NCBI RefSeq assembly: GCF_031425575.1
Contig: NZ_JANPJP010000358.1
Coordinates: 1-60,109, forward strand
DNA: 60,109 bases
Reading direction: 5' to 3'
Source of the DNA: Phenylobacterium sp.
Lineage (GTDB): Bacteria > Pseudomonadota > Alphaproteobacteria > Caulobacterales > Caulobacteraceae
A program made the translations under genes and the position numbers. This document shows positions 46,885-55,026 of this stretch, in pieces. The first letter of the stretch is position 1, and each line of letters opens with the position of its first letter. The notes under the pieces are model-generated. The model had not been told where the DNA came from, did not search any database, and worked only from the letters and a program-made list of their open reading frames with translations.

Positions 46885-49782
46885 ATGACTCGCCTCATCG
46901 AGCGCCTGACCCCCTGCGGCCCCGTCGCCGACCCCAAGGCCGCCGAGCGCGCCCACAGCGTCGTCCGCGCCGCGGCCGAGGAGGGCGGCTGGACCGAACT
47001 CCTGGAGCGGGCTTGGCCGGCCCTGGCCCCGGTCTTCGGCGCGTCCCCCTACCTCACCAGCCTGGCCCGCCGCGACCTGCCCCGCCTGCGCGACCTGCTG
47101 GAGGCCGATCCCGACGCCCGCTTCGACGACCTCCTCGCCCGCACCGCCGCCCTCGCCGGCGTCAGCTACGAGGCCGCCAAGGTGGGCCTGCGCAAGCTCA
47201 AGGCCGAGGCCCACCTGCTCATCGCCCTGGCCGATCTGGGCGGGGTCTGGGACCTGGACGCGGTCACCGGCGCGCTCGCCCGCTTCGCCGACGCGGCCCT
47301 GACCACCGCGCTCACCGTGGCGGCCCAGAGCGAGGTCGAGGCCGGCCGCCAGATCGCCGTGGGGGAGGGCGCCGCCGGCCCGGTCCCCGGCTACTTCTGC
47401 ATCGCCATGGGCAAGCACGGCGCCTACGAACTCAACTATTCCAGCGACATAGACATCTCGGTCTTCTACGAGCCCGAGGCCCTCCCCCTTGTCGAAGGCG
47501 TTGAATCCCAAGGCTTCGCGGTCCGCCTGACCAACAAGCTGGCCGAGCTGATGCAGGACAAGACCGGCGACGGCTACGTCTTCCGCACCGACCTGCGCCT
47601 GCGTCCGGACCCCTCTTCGACGCCGCTGGCCGTGCCCGTCGCCGCGGCCATGGACTACTACGAAAGCGTCGGCCAGAACTGGGAGCGGGCGGCCTTCATC
47701 AAGGCCCGCGCCTGCGCCGGCGACATCCCCTTGGGCGAGGCCTTCCTCACCGAGCTGACCCCCTTCATCTGGCGCAAGAACCTCGACTTCGCGGCCATCG
47801 CCGACATCCACTCCATCAAGCGCCAGATCCATGTCCACAAGGTCGACGACCGCCTGCAGGCCAAGGGGATGGACCTCAAGCTGGGGCGCGGCGGCATCCG
47901 CGAGATCGAGTTCTACGTCCAGACCCAACAGCTGATCCTGGGCGGGCGCCACCCCGACCTGCGCTCGCCCCGCACCCTGGCCGCCCTGGCCGCCCTCCTG
48001 GCCGCCGGCCATGTCGCCCCCAAGGCCGCGCAGGAGATGACGGAGGCCTATGGGGTGCTACGGGCCATCGAGCACCGTATCCAGATGCTGGCCGACGAGC
48101 AGACCCACAAGCTCCCCGACTCCGACACCGAGCGCGCCCGGGTCGCGGCCCTGGCCGGCTTCGCCAAGCTCAAGGCCTTCGACGCCGACATCGAGAAGAC
48201 CCTGAAGGCCGTCAACCGCCGCTACGGCGAGCTCTTCCCCGACGAGGAGCAGCTCTCATCCCGCTTCGGCAGCCTGATCTTCACCGGGGTCGACGACGAT
48301 CCGGAGACCCTGGCGACCCTTGCCCGCATGGGGTTCTCGCAGCCGGCCAAGGTGTCCCAGACCATCCGCGGCTGGCACCACGGCCACATCTCGGCGACCC
48401 GCACCGAGCGGGGCCGGGAGCTCTTCACCCGCCTGGCCCCGCGCCTGCTGGAAGCGGCCAACGCCACCGGCGCGCCGGATATCGCCTTCCACCGCTTCAG
48501 CGACTTCTTCGGCAAGCTGTCCTCCGGCGTGCAGCTGCAGTCGCTGTTCCTGGCCCAGCCGCAGCTGTTTGAGTTGATCGTCCAGGTGATGGCCTACGCC
48601 CCGCGCCTGGCCAACACCCTGGCTCGCAGGCCCGCGGCGCTGGACGCCATGCTGGACGGCGACTTCTTCTCCGACATCGCCATTGAGGAAGACCGCCGGG
48701 TCATGGCCGCGGCCGTGTCCCAGTCCGACGGCTTCGAAGGCGCCATGGACGCCGTGCGCCGGGTGCATCGCGAGCAGGCCTTCCGGATCGGCGTCCAGGT
48801 GATGAGCGGCTCGGCCACCGCCGAGATCGCCGGCCGCGCCTTCGCCGACCTCGCAGACCTCTGCATCGACACCCTGGCGCCGGTGTCCCTGGCTGAGGCC
48901 GAGCGCCTGGGCGGGACCTTCCCCGGCCAGGTCGCCGTCGTGGCCCTGGGCAAGTGCGGGTCGCGGGAGATGAGCGCCGGCTCGGACCTGGATCTGATGA
49001 CCGTCTACCGCGCCGACGAACCCGCCGCCGCCTCGTCGGTGAAGGAGTGGAGCGCCGACGTCTTCTACGGCCGCTTCACCCAGCGCCTGATCGCGGCCCT
49101 CTCAACGCCCACCGGGGAGGGGGAGCTCTACGAGGTGGACATGCAGTTGCGACCCTCGGGCACCAAGGGGCCGGTGGCGGTGAGCTTCGCCGCCTTTGAG
49201 GACTATTACGACCGCGAGGCCGAGACCTGGGAGCTGCTGGCCCTGACCCGCGCCCGGGTGGTCTGGGCCAGTTCGGCTGAGTTCGCCCAGGCCGCGACCC
49301 AGGCCATCGACACGGCGTTGCGTCGCCCCCGTGAGGCCGGCAAGACCGCCGCAGAGGTCCGCGAGATGCGCCAGTTGCTGGAACAGGAGCGGCCGCCGAA
49401 GGGCGACTGGGACCTGAAACTCTCGCCCGGCGGGCTGGTGGACATCGAGTTCGCCGCCCAGTTCCTGCAGCTGGTGCACGCCCCGGCCGGGGGCCCGCTT
49501 GCGCCCAACACCGCCGAGGCCCTTGGCCTGGTCCTGGCGGCCGGCCTGACGCCGAAGGGGCCCCTCGCCGACCTGCAGGAGGCCTGGCGGCTGCAGCAGA
49601 ACCTGACCCAGCTCCTGAAGGTGGCCCTGCCCGACGGCGAGGACCCCGGCGAGGAACCCAAGGCTTTCAAGGCCCTGCTGGCCCGGGCCGGAGGCGTGAA
49701 GGACTTCAAGGGCCTGCGCGCCAAGCTCGCCCGCGCCCGCGCCGCCGCGCGGCATGCGTACGACATCATTGTGCAAACTTGA
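46885..49782 (+). CDS. glnE: Glutamine synthetase adenylyltransferase/adenylyl-removing enzyme
   Basis: MGKHGAYELNYSSDIDI, DLRLRPDP, GQNWERAA, KLGRGGIREIEF; second NTase GSDLDL; ATG 46885. Confidence 0.95.
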   Translation: MTRLIERLTPCGPVADPKAAERAHSVVRAAAEEGGWTELLERAWPALAPVFGASPYLTSLARRDLPRLRDLLEADPDARFDDLLARTAALAGVSYEAAKVGLRKLKAEAHLLIALADLGGVWDLDAVTGALARFADAALTTALTVAAQSEVEAGRQIAVGEGAAGPVPGYFCIAMGKHGAYELNYSSDIDISVFYEPEALPLVEGVESQGFAVRLTNKLAELMQDKTGDGYVFRTDLRLRPDPSSTPLAVPVAAAMDYYESVGQNWERAAFIKARACAGDIPLGEAFLTELTPFIWRKNLDFAAIADIHSIKRQIHVHKVDDRLQAKGMDLKLGRGGIREIEFYVQTQQLILGGRHPDLRSPRTLAALAALLAAGHVAPKAAQEMTEAYGVLRAIEHRIQMLADEQTHKLPDSDTERARVAALAGFAKLKAFDADIEKTLKAVNRRYGELFPDEEQLSSRFGSLIFTGVDDDPETLATLARMGFSQPAKVSQTIRGWHHGHISATRTERGRELFTRLAPRLLEAANATGAPDIAFHRFSDFFGKLSSGVQLQSLFLAQPQLFELIVQVMAYAPRLANTLARRPAALDAMLDGDFFSDIAIEEDRRVMAAAVSQSDGFEGAMDAVRRVHREQAFRIGVQVMSGSATAEIAGRAFADLADLCIDTLAPVSLAEAERLGGTFPGQVAVVALGKCGSREMSAGSDLDLMTVYRADEPAAASSVKEWSADVFYGRFTQRLIAALSTPTGEGELYEVDMQLRPSGTKGPVAVSFAAFEDYYDREAETWELLALTRARVVWASSAEFAQAATQAIDTALRRPREAGKTAAEVREMRQLLEQERPPKGDWDLKLSPGGLVDIEFAAQFLQLVHAPAGGPLAPNTAEALGLVLAAGLTPKGPLADLQEAWRLQQNLTQLLKVALPDGEDPGEEPKAFKALLARAGGVKDFKGLRAKLARARAAARHAYDIIVQT

Positions 49783-49847
49783 GCGACGGATATGGGCTGA
49801 CGGACCGTTGAACTTGTGACGGTCCGCAAGCTCGTCGAAAGGACCCT

Positions 49848-50267
49848 ATGAAACGCCTCCTGATCACCGCCGCCTTCCTGGCCATGGCCAGCTCAGCCCA
49901 CGCCCAGATGGGCCGGGGGCCTGACCTCGACCTGGACAACGACGGCAAGGTCACCTTGGCCGAGTTCAAGAAGGTCCAGGCCGACTCCATGCTGGGTCGG
50001 CTGGACGGCGACAAGGACGGCAGGATCACCAAGGCGGAAAGCAAGTCGATGGAGGCCCTGGCCGCACGCTTTGGCGGGGCGAAGGCGACCACCCGCATCG
50101 CCGAGATGTGGAGCAAGGGCGACGCCAACAAGGACGGCGCCCTGTCGCGCGCCGAACTGGACGCCGGCTCGAAGCGCCGCTTCGATCAGGTCGACGCCAA
50201 TCGTGATGGCTGGCTAAGCAAGGACGAACTGGCCACCATGCGCCAGAACCGGGGCCGTGCTGGATAG
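49848..50267 (+). CDS. Exported EF-hand domain protein
   Basis: Signal peptide plus four DxDxDG-like loops (DLDNDGKVT, DGDKDGRIT, DANKDGALS, DANRDGWLS). Confidence 0.88.
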   Translation: MKRLLITAAFLAMASSAHAQMGRGPDLDLDNDGKVTLAEFKKVQADSMLGRLDGDKDGRITKAESKSMEALAARFGGAKATTRIAEMWSKGDANKDGALSRAELDAGSKRRFDQVDANRDGWLSKDELATMRQNRGRAG

Positions 50268-50302
50268 CCCGCCCATCACCACCGCCCGGGGCGAGGTCGG
50301 GT

Positions 50303-50848
50303 TTGGACTTAGATCCGGACGAAGAGCTGCTGGCGCGCGTGGCGCGGGGAGATCCCGCCGCGGTGCGGGCGCTCGCCGCCCGCAAGCTGCCGCGCCTGCT
50401 CGCCTTGGCCGGGCGGATGCTCGGCGAAGCGTCGGAGGCCGAAGACGTGGCGCAAGAGGCGATGATCCGTGCGTGGCGTCAGGCGCCGACCTGGGCGCCG
50501 GGCGCCGCGCGTTTCGACACCTGGCTGCACCGGGTGACCCTCAACCTCTGCTACGACAAGCTGCGTCGCCGCCGGGAAATCCCCACCGAGACGCCACCCG
50601 AGCAGCTCGACGAGGGGCCGGCGCCCGACCGGGGGCTGGAGGCCTCCGATGTTGGCCGACGGGTGGCTGCGGCTATGGCGGTCCTGCCCGACCGGCAGCG
50701 GGAGGCGGTCGCGCTCTGCCACTATCAGGAGATGACAAATATCGAGGCCGCCGCGGTCATGGGGGTCAGCGTCGAGGCCTTGGAAAGCCTGCTGTCTCGG
50801 GGGCGGCGGGCCCTGCGGTCAGCGCTTTCGGATATGATGACGCCTTGA
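50303..50848 (+). CDS. ECF RNA polymerase sigma factor
   Basis: AEDVAQEA, FDTWLHRVTLNLCYD, LPDRQREAV, ALESLLSRGRR. Confidence 0.92.
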   Translation: MDLDPDEELLARVARGDPAAVRALAARKLPRLLALAGRMLGEASEAEDVAQEAMIRAWRQAPTWAPGAARFDTWLHRVTLNLCYDKLRRRREIPTETPPEQLDEGPAPDRGLEASDVGRRVAAAMAVLPDRQREAVALCHYQEMTNIEAAAVMGVSVEALESLLSRGRRALRSALSDMMTP

Positions 50849-50858
50849 GGGAGCAGGC

Positions 50859-51281
50859 ATGACGCGGGAGCGGTTCCTGGAACTGGCGGAGGCCCATGGC
50901 GGGTCGACGGCGCGCTGGCCGGCCGCCGAGCGTGACGCGGCCGCGGCGCTTATGGCGGCCGCGCCCGATTTCGCCCGCCAGGCTCTCGCCGGCGCAGATC
51001 GCCTCGACGCGGTTCTGGACACCTGGGCGCCGCTCAGCGTCCCGTATGGGATGCGCGAGGCCGTGATCGCGGCAGCGCCGACCGTGCGGGCGCGCTGGAG
51101 CCCGCGGACCTGGCTCCTGGGCGCCGGTGTGGGCGCGGGGCTGGCGGGCGCCTGCGTGGCGGGCCTGGTGTTTGGGGTGGCGCTGTCGGTGAACCTCTCC
51201 TCCGCCACCGACGCGCCCGAGGCGCTGAGCGCGGCCATGATCGGCTATGACGATCTCCCTGAGACAAGCGAAGGCGTCTGA
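50859..51281 (+). CDS. Probable single-TM anti-sigma factor
   Basis: MTRERFLELAEAHGG..RWP N-terminus and one TM, directly after the ECF sigma gene. Confidence 0.7.
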   Translation: MTRERFLELAEAHGGSTARWPAAERDAAAALMAAAPDFARQALAGADRLDAVLDTWAPLSVPYGMREAVIAAAPTVRARWSPRTWLLGAGVGAGLAGACVAGLVFGVALSVNLSSATDAPEALSAAMIGYDDLPETSEGV

Positions 51282-51763
51282 TGCCCAGCCAACGCACCCT
51301 CACCGTGGCCCTGGTGGCGTCGGTCGCCCTCAACCTCTTCGTCATCGGCGCGGTGGTGGGCGGTGTCGTCGTCGGCCACCGGGTGCGGGAAGTGGCGCAG
51401 GGTCCCGAGCGACCGCGCCAGCCGCTGTGGAGGGCCGCTGACGCCCTGTCTCCCGAGCGTCAGCGAGCCTATCGCCAGCTGCTGCGGGCCGAGGCCGGTG
51501 GAGTGGGCGGCCAGATGCGTGAAGCGCGTCAAGCGCGGCGGGAAGCCTGGACCGATCTCGGCGCCCAGCCTGTGGACGGCCCTGCGATCTCCAGACGCCT
51601 GGCCGAGGCGCGGGCGCTCGAGATGACCGCGCGCGGCGGTGTGGAAGATCGCATCGTCGCCTTCGCCGCCACCCTGCCGCCAGCCGAACGCGCGGAGCTG
51701 GCCAAGGGCCTGGCGCGCAGCGGACCGGGCGGCCGCGGCCCGCGCGAACGCCGGCAGCCCTAG
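51281..51763 (+). CDS. Periplasmic heavy-metal-sensor (CnrX/ZraP/Spy-like) protein
   Basis: SVALNLFVIG anchor followed by a helical domain ending LPPAERAEL. Confidence 0.75.
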   Translation: MPSQRTLTVALVASVALNLFVIGAVVGGVVVGHRVREVAQGPERPRQPLWRAADALSPERQRAYRQLLRAEAGGVGGQMREARQARREAWTDLGAQPVDGPAISRRLAEARALEMTARGGVEDRIVAFAATLPPAERAELAKGLARSGPGGRGPRERRQP

Positions 51764-51766
51764 CCT

Positions 51767-54298
51767 CTAGGCGGCGGCGACCCCGGCCAGGGCTGCGCCC
51801 GTCTGGCGGATGGGCAGGGAAAAGCTGACCATGGTGCCCTCGCCGGGGGCGCTCTGCATATCCAGCGATCCGCCGTGCATCTCCACCAGGGATTTCGTCA
51901 GCGCCAGGCCCAGGCCTGTGCCCTGGGTGGTCTTGGAGTGCTGGTTCTCCACCTGCTCAAAGGGCCGCGCCAGGCGGGCCAGGTCGTCCTCGGCGATGCC
52001 GATGCCCGTGTCCTGCACGCTGATGCGGATGCGCTCACCCAGGGGGTCGTGGCGGCCCTCGGCGCGGATGGTCACCCGGCCGCCGCGCGGGGTGAACTTG
52101 ATGGCGTTGGAGAGAAGGTTCAGCAGGATCTGCTTGACGGCCCGGTAGTCGGCCTCGATCTCCGGCAGGTGCTGCGGGAAGTCGATGGCCAGGGCCAGGC
52201 CCGTCGCCTCGGCGCGGTTGCGCACCAGCCTCACAGCGTCCTCCGCCACTTCCTCAAGGGCGATAGGCTCGAACTTCAGGCTCATCTTGCCCGCCTCGAT
52301 CTTCGACATGTCGAGGATGTCGTTGATCAGGGCTAGCAGGTGCTGGCCCGAGGACAGGATGTCTTGCGAATAGCCCTTGTAGCGCTGGTCGCCGAGCGGC
52401 CCGAACATCTCCTGGACCATGATCTCGGAGAAGCCGTTGATGGCGTTCAGCGGGGTGCGCAGCTCGTGGCTCATATTGGCCAGGAACTCGGACTTGGCCT
52501 TGTTGGCCCCCTCGGCCCGGACCTTCTCCATCTCGTACTTGCGGGCCAGTTCGGAGAGCTGTTCCTGGCTGCGTTCCAGACCGACGACGGCCTTCTGCAG
52601 CGCCTCTTCGTTTAGGCGCCGCGCCTCTTCCTGGGTCTTGATGGCGGTGATGTCAGCGGCGCTCATCACCAGGCCGCCCTCGGCGGTGCGGCGCTCGGAG
52701 ATCTGGATCCAGCGGCCGTCATTGAGCTCGGCCTCGCGCACGCCCTTGCGGCCGTCGGACGCGTCCATCTCCTGCCTGATGGCCAGCTGGGCGAAGCGGT
52801 TCACCTGCTCGCGCGACGCGCCGGGCTTCAGCAGCCGCGGCTCCAGCGAGAAGAAGGTCCGGTAGTTCTTGTTGCACATCAGCAGGCGGCCGTTGCGGTC
52901 CCAGAGGACGAAGGCCTCCGATACGCTCTCGATGGCGTCGCGCAGGCGGTTCTCGGCGGCCTGGGCGCGGGCCTGGGCCATGCGCTCCTCGGTGACGTCC
53001 AGGGCGACACCGATGATCCGAGAATAACCATCGCGGTCCTTGTCGCCAAAGGCCTGGCCACGGGCGTCGATCCAGGTGGGCCTACCTCCCTGCATCGACG
53101 GCACGCGGAACGAGACGTCGAAGCCGCCATAGACCGCGGCGGTGGACAGCGCCTGGCGCAGGCGGTCGCGATGGTCGGCCGACACGCGTTCCAGCACCGC
53201 CTGGCCATCCACGATGCCGCCGCCGCCCCAGCCGAAAATGGCGCCGGTGACGTCAGACATGAACATCCTGTCGTTGGAGAGGTCCCACTCCCAGATGCCG
53301 CAGCGCGCCGCCTCCACCGCCAGCCGGAACCGTTGCTCGGAATCGACGAAGGCCTTCTGGGCGCTCTCCACCCGGTTGCTCTGGTTGAGCAGCAGGAGGC
53401 CCAGCAGGAAGGCCGCGGCCAGCGGGGTCAGCAGCCAGGCCAGTTGCTCGGTGGAGGTCTGGATCTCCATGGGCGCCGAGCTCGCGGCGGCTAGCACATA
53501 GAGGCTTCCGCCGAGGGCGGGGCGAGCGGCGAGGTCCAGCGAGGCGCCGTCCGGCCCCTGGGCCCGGCTCAGGCCGCCGTCCAGCTTCAGCTCTTCCGGC
53601 GTGGTGGCGAAGGCGGCGTTGACGGTGTCGGCCGCGCCCACGCCGTTGGCCGGGCTGGCGACGAGGATCCGCCCCTCCGGGGTGGAGACGGCCTCGGGCC
53701 TGGTCTTGGAAAGCCAGGCGCCCAGATGTGTCGGATCTCCAGCCGCCACGATCCAGCGCTGGCCCTTGGTGGTGGCGGCCGAGGTGGCGGCGGCCAGGGC
53801 GGGGGCGCTTTGGCTGGTGACGCCCTGCCAGACTTCACGCCTGGAGCCCTCCGCGCCCTTGGCCATTTCCTGCCAGTTCAGGCCACCCGGCGGGCCGGCG
53901 ACCGCCACGATCTCATCCTCGGAGATCACCGCGATGGCCACGGCGGCGCCGGCGGAGGCGCGCAGGCCGCTCTCGGCGGCGGCCATGGGTTGGTCGCCGT
54001 CCCGCTGGAGCGCCTCGCGCGCCGCCAGCAGCCCGCCGCGTAGAGCCGCCGCCTCGGCGTCAAGGTGAGCGGCCACGGCCTCGGCCCGGCTGGGCAAGGC
54101 GGCGTTGGCGGCGGTGGTGATCTGCGGTTCCCGCTGGATGCGGGCCACCGCAAAGGCCGTGTAGACGGCCAGCAGCAGCAGGGTGGAGAGGATGGCGATG
54201 CGGGCGAAGGTCTGGGTCGGCAGCGCTCGGACGCCGGGCGCGTTGTCGCGCCCCTGAGGCCGAATGGCCTCGGCGTCCTCACCCCCGCGTCTGGCCAA
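51767..54298 (-). CDS. pleC: Cell-cycle sensor kinase/phosphatase PleC
   Basis: 843 aa: TM-periplasmic-TM, two PAS domains, KSEFLANMSHELRTPLNAINGFSEIM, ADYRAVKQ, SKTTQGTGLGL; near pepN as in Caulobacter. Confidence 0.92.
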   Translation of the reverse strand: MARRGGEDAEAIRPQGRDNAPGVRALPTQTFARIAILSTLLLLAVYTAFAVARIQREPQITTAANAALPSRAEAVAAHLDAEAAALRGGLLAAREALQRDGDQPMAAAESGLRASAGAAVAIAVISEDEIVAVAGPPGGLNWQEMAKGAEGSRREVWQGVTSQSAPALAAATSAATTKGQRWIVAAGDPTHLGAWLSKTRPEAVSTPEGRILVASPANGVGAADTVNAAFATTPEELKLDGGLSRAQGPDGASLDLAARPALGGSLYVLAAASSAPMEIQTSTEQLAWLLTPLAAAFLLGLLLLNQSNRVESAQKAFVDSEQRFRLAVEAARCGIWEWDLSNDRMFMSDVTGAIFGWGGGGIVDGQAVLERVSADHRDRLRQALSTAAVYGGFDVSFRVPSMQGGRPTWIDARGQAFGDKDRDGYSRIIGVALDVTEERMAQARAQAAENRLRDAIESVSEAFVLWDRNGRLLMCNKNYRTFFSLEPRLLKPGASREQVNRFAQLAIRQEMDASDGRKGVREAELNDGRWIQISERRTAEGGLVMSAADITAIKTQEEARRLNEEALQKAVVGLERSQEQLSELARKYEMEKVRAEGANKAKSEFLANMSHELRTPLNAINGFSEIMVQEMFGPLGDQRYKGYSQDILSSGQHLLALINDILDMSKIEAGKMSLKFEPIALEEVAEDAVRLVRNRAEATGLALAIDFPQHLPEIEADYRAVKQILLNLLSNAIKFTPRGGRVTIRAEGRHDPLGERIRISVQDTGIGIAEDDLARLARPFEQVENQHSKTTQGTGLGLALTKSLVEMHGGSLDMQSAPGEGTMVSFSLPIRQTGAALAGVAAA

Positions 54299-54398
54299 CG
54301 CCCGTCGCTCCTAAACCCGAGTCACCCAATATGCGAGTCTAGGCGAGCGCTCCCCCCGCGTCACGAGAGTCATAGGGTCACATCGCTGTCGAGCGTCG

Positions 54399-54917
54399 CT
54401 ATTTACGCCTGCGATCCTTGCGGCGCTCGGGACCCTTGTACTTCGGGTCGTCCACCCGCCGCCGGTCGGGACCGAAATAGCCCGAGCTCGACCGCACATA
54501 GGCGCGCGGATGATCGATCACCGCCATGATCCGCTTCATCAAATCGGCGGGTGTGAAGGGCTTCACGCAGAACTCGTTCACCCCGGAGTCGCGGGCGGCG
54601 TAGACCCGCTGGCGATCGGCATGGCCGGTGAGCATGATGATCGGAACATAGGGCGTCGGGCTGGTGTCTTCCTTACGCAGCCACCGGGCCAGAGTGACGC
54701 CTTCTTCCTCGCCCATCATGTAGTCGAGAATGATGATGTCGATCATCGCCGCGCCCGGCAGGGTGCTGGCTTTGATCTTGGCCCTCGCCTCGGCGATGGT
54801 CTTGGCTTCCACGACGGAGTCCACGCCGAACCCCCGCAGCATCGTCTTGACCAAGTCGATGGCGTGGATGTTGTCGTCAACGACCAGGAAATTGATGCGG
54901 CTGAGCGAGATGGACAT
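54399..54917 (-). CDS. CheY-like receiver with Arg-rich c-di-GMP-binding tail (Cle family)
   Basis: REC domain (LVVDDN, ILD, IMLTG, VKPF) plus tandem YFGPDRRR / YKGPERRK motifs. Confidence 0.78.
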   Translation of the reverse strand: MSISLSRINFLVVDDNIHAIDLVKTMLRGFGVDSVVEAKTIAEARAKIKASTLPGAAMIDIIILDYMMGEEEGVTLARWLRKEDTSPTPYVPIIMLTGHADRQRVYAARDSGVNEFCVKPFTPADLMKRIMAVIDHPRAYVRSSSGYFGPDRRRVDDPKYKGPERRKDRRRK

Positions 54918-55026
54918 CTACGGCAGTTTCCCTAGGTCAGGCGGGTGGGCGCCGGTCTGCGCCAGCATCGTCCACAGGGCTGATTTTCAACAAGATTCGG
55001 GTCGGCGGCAATCGCCGATACCGGGC

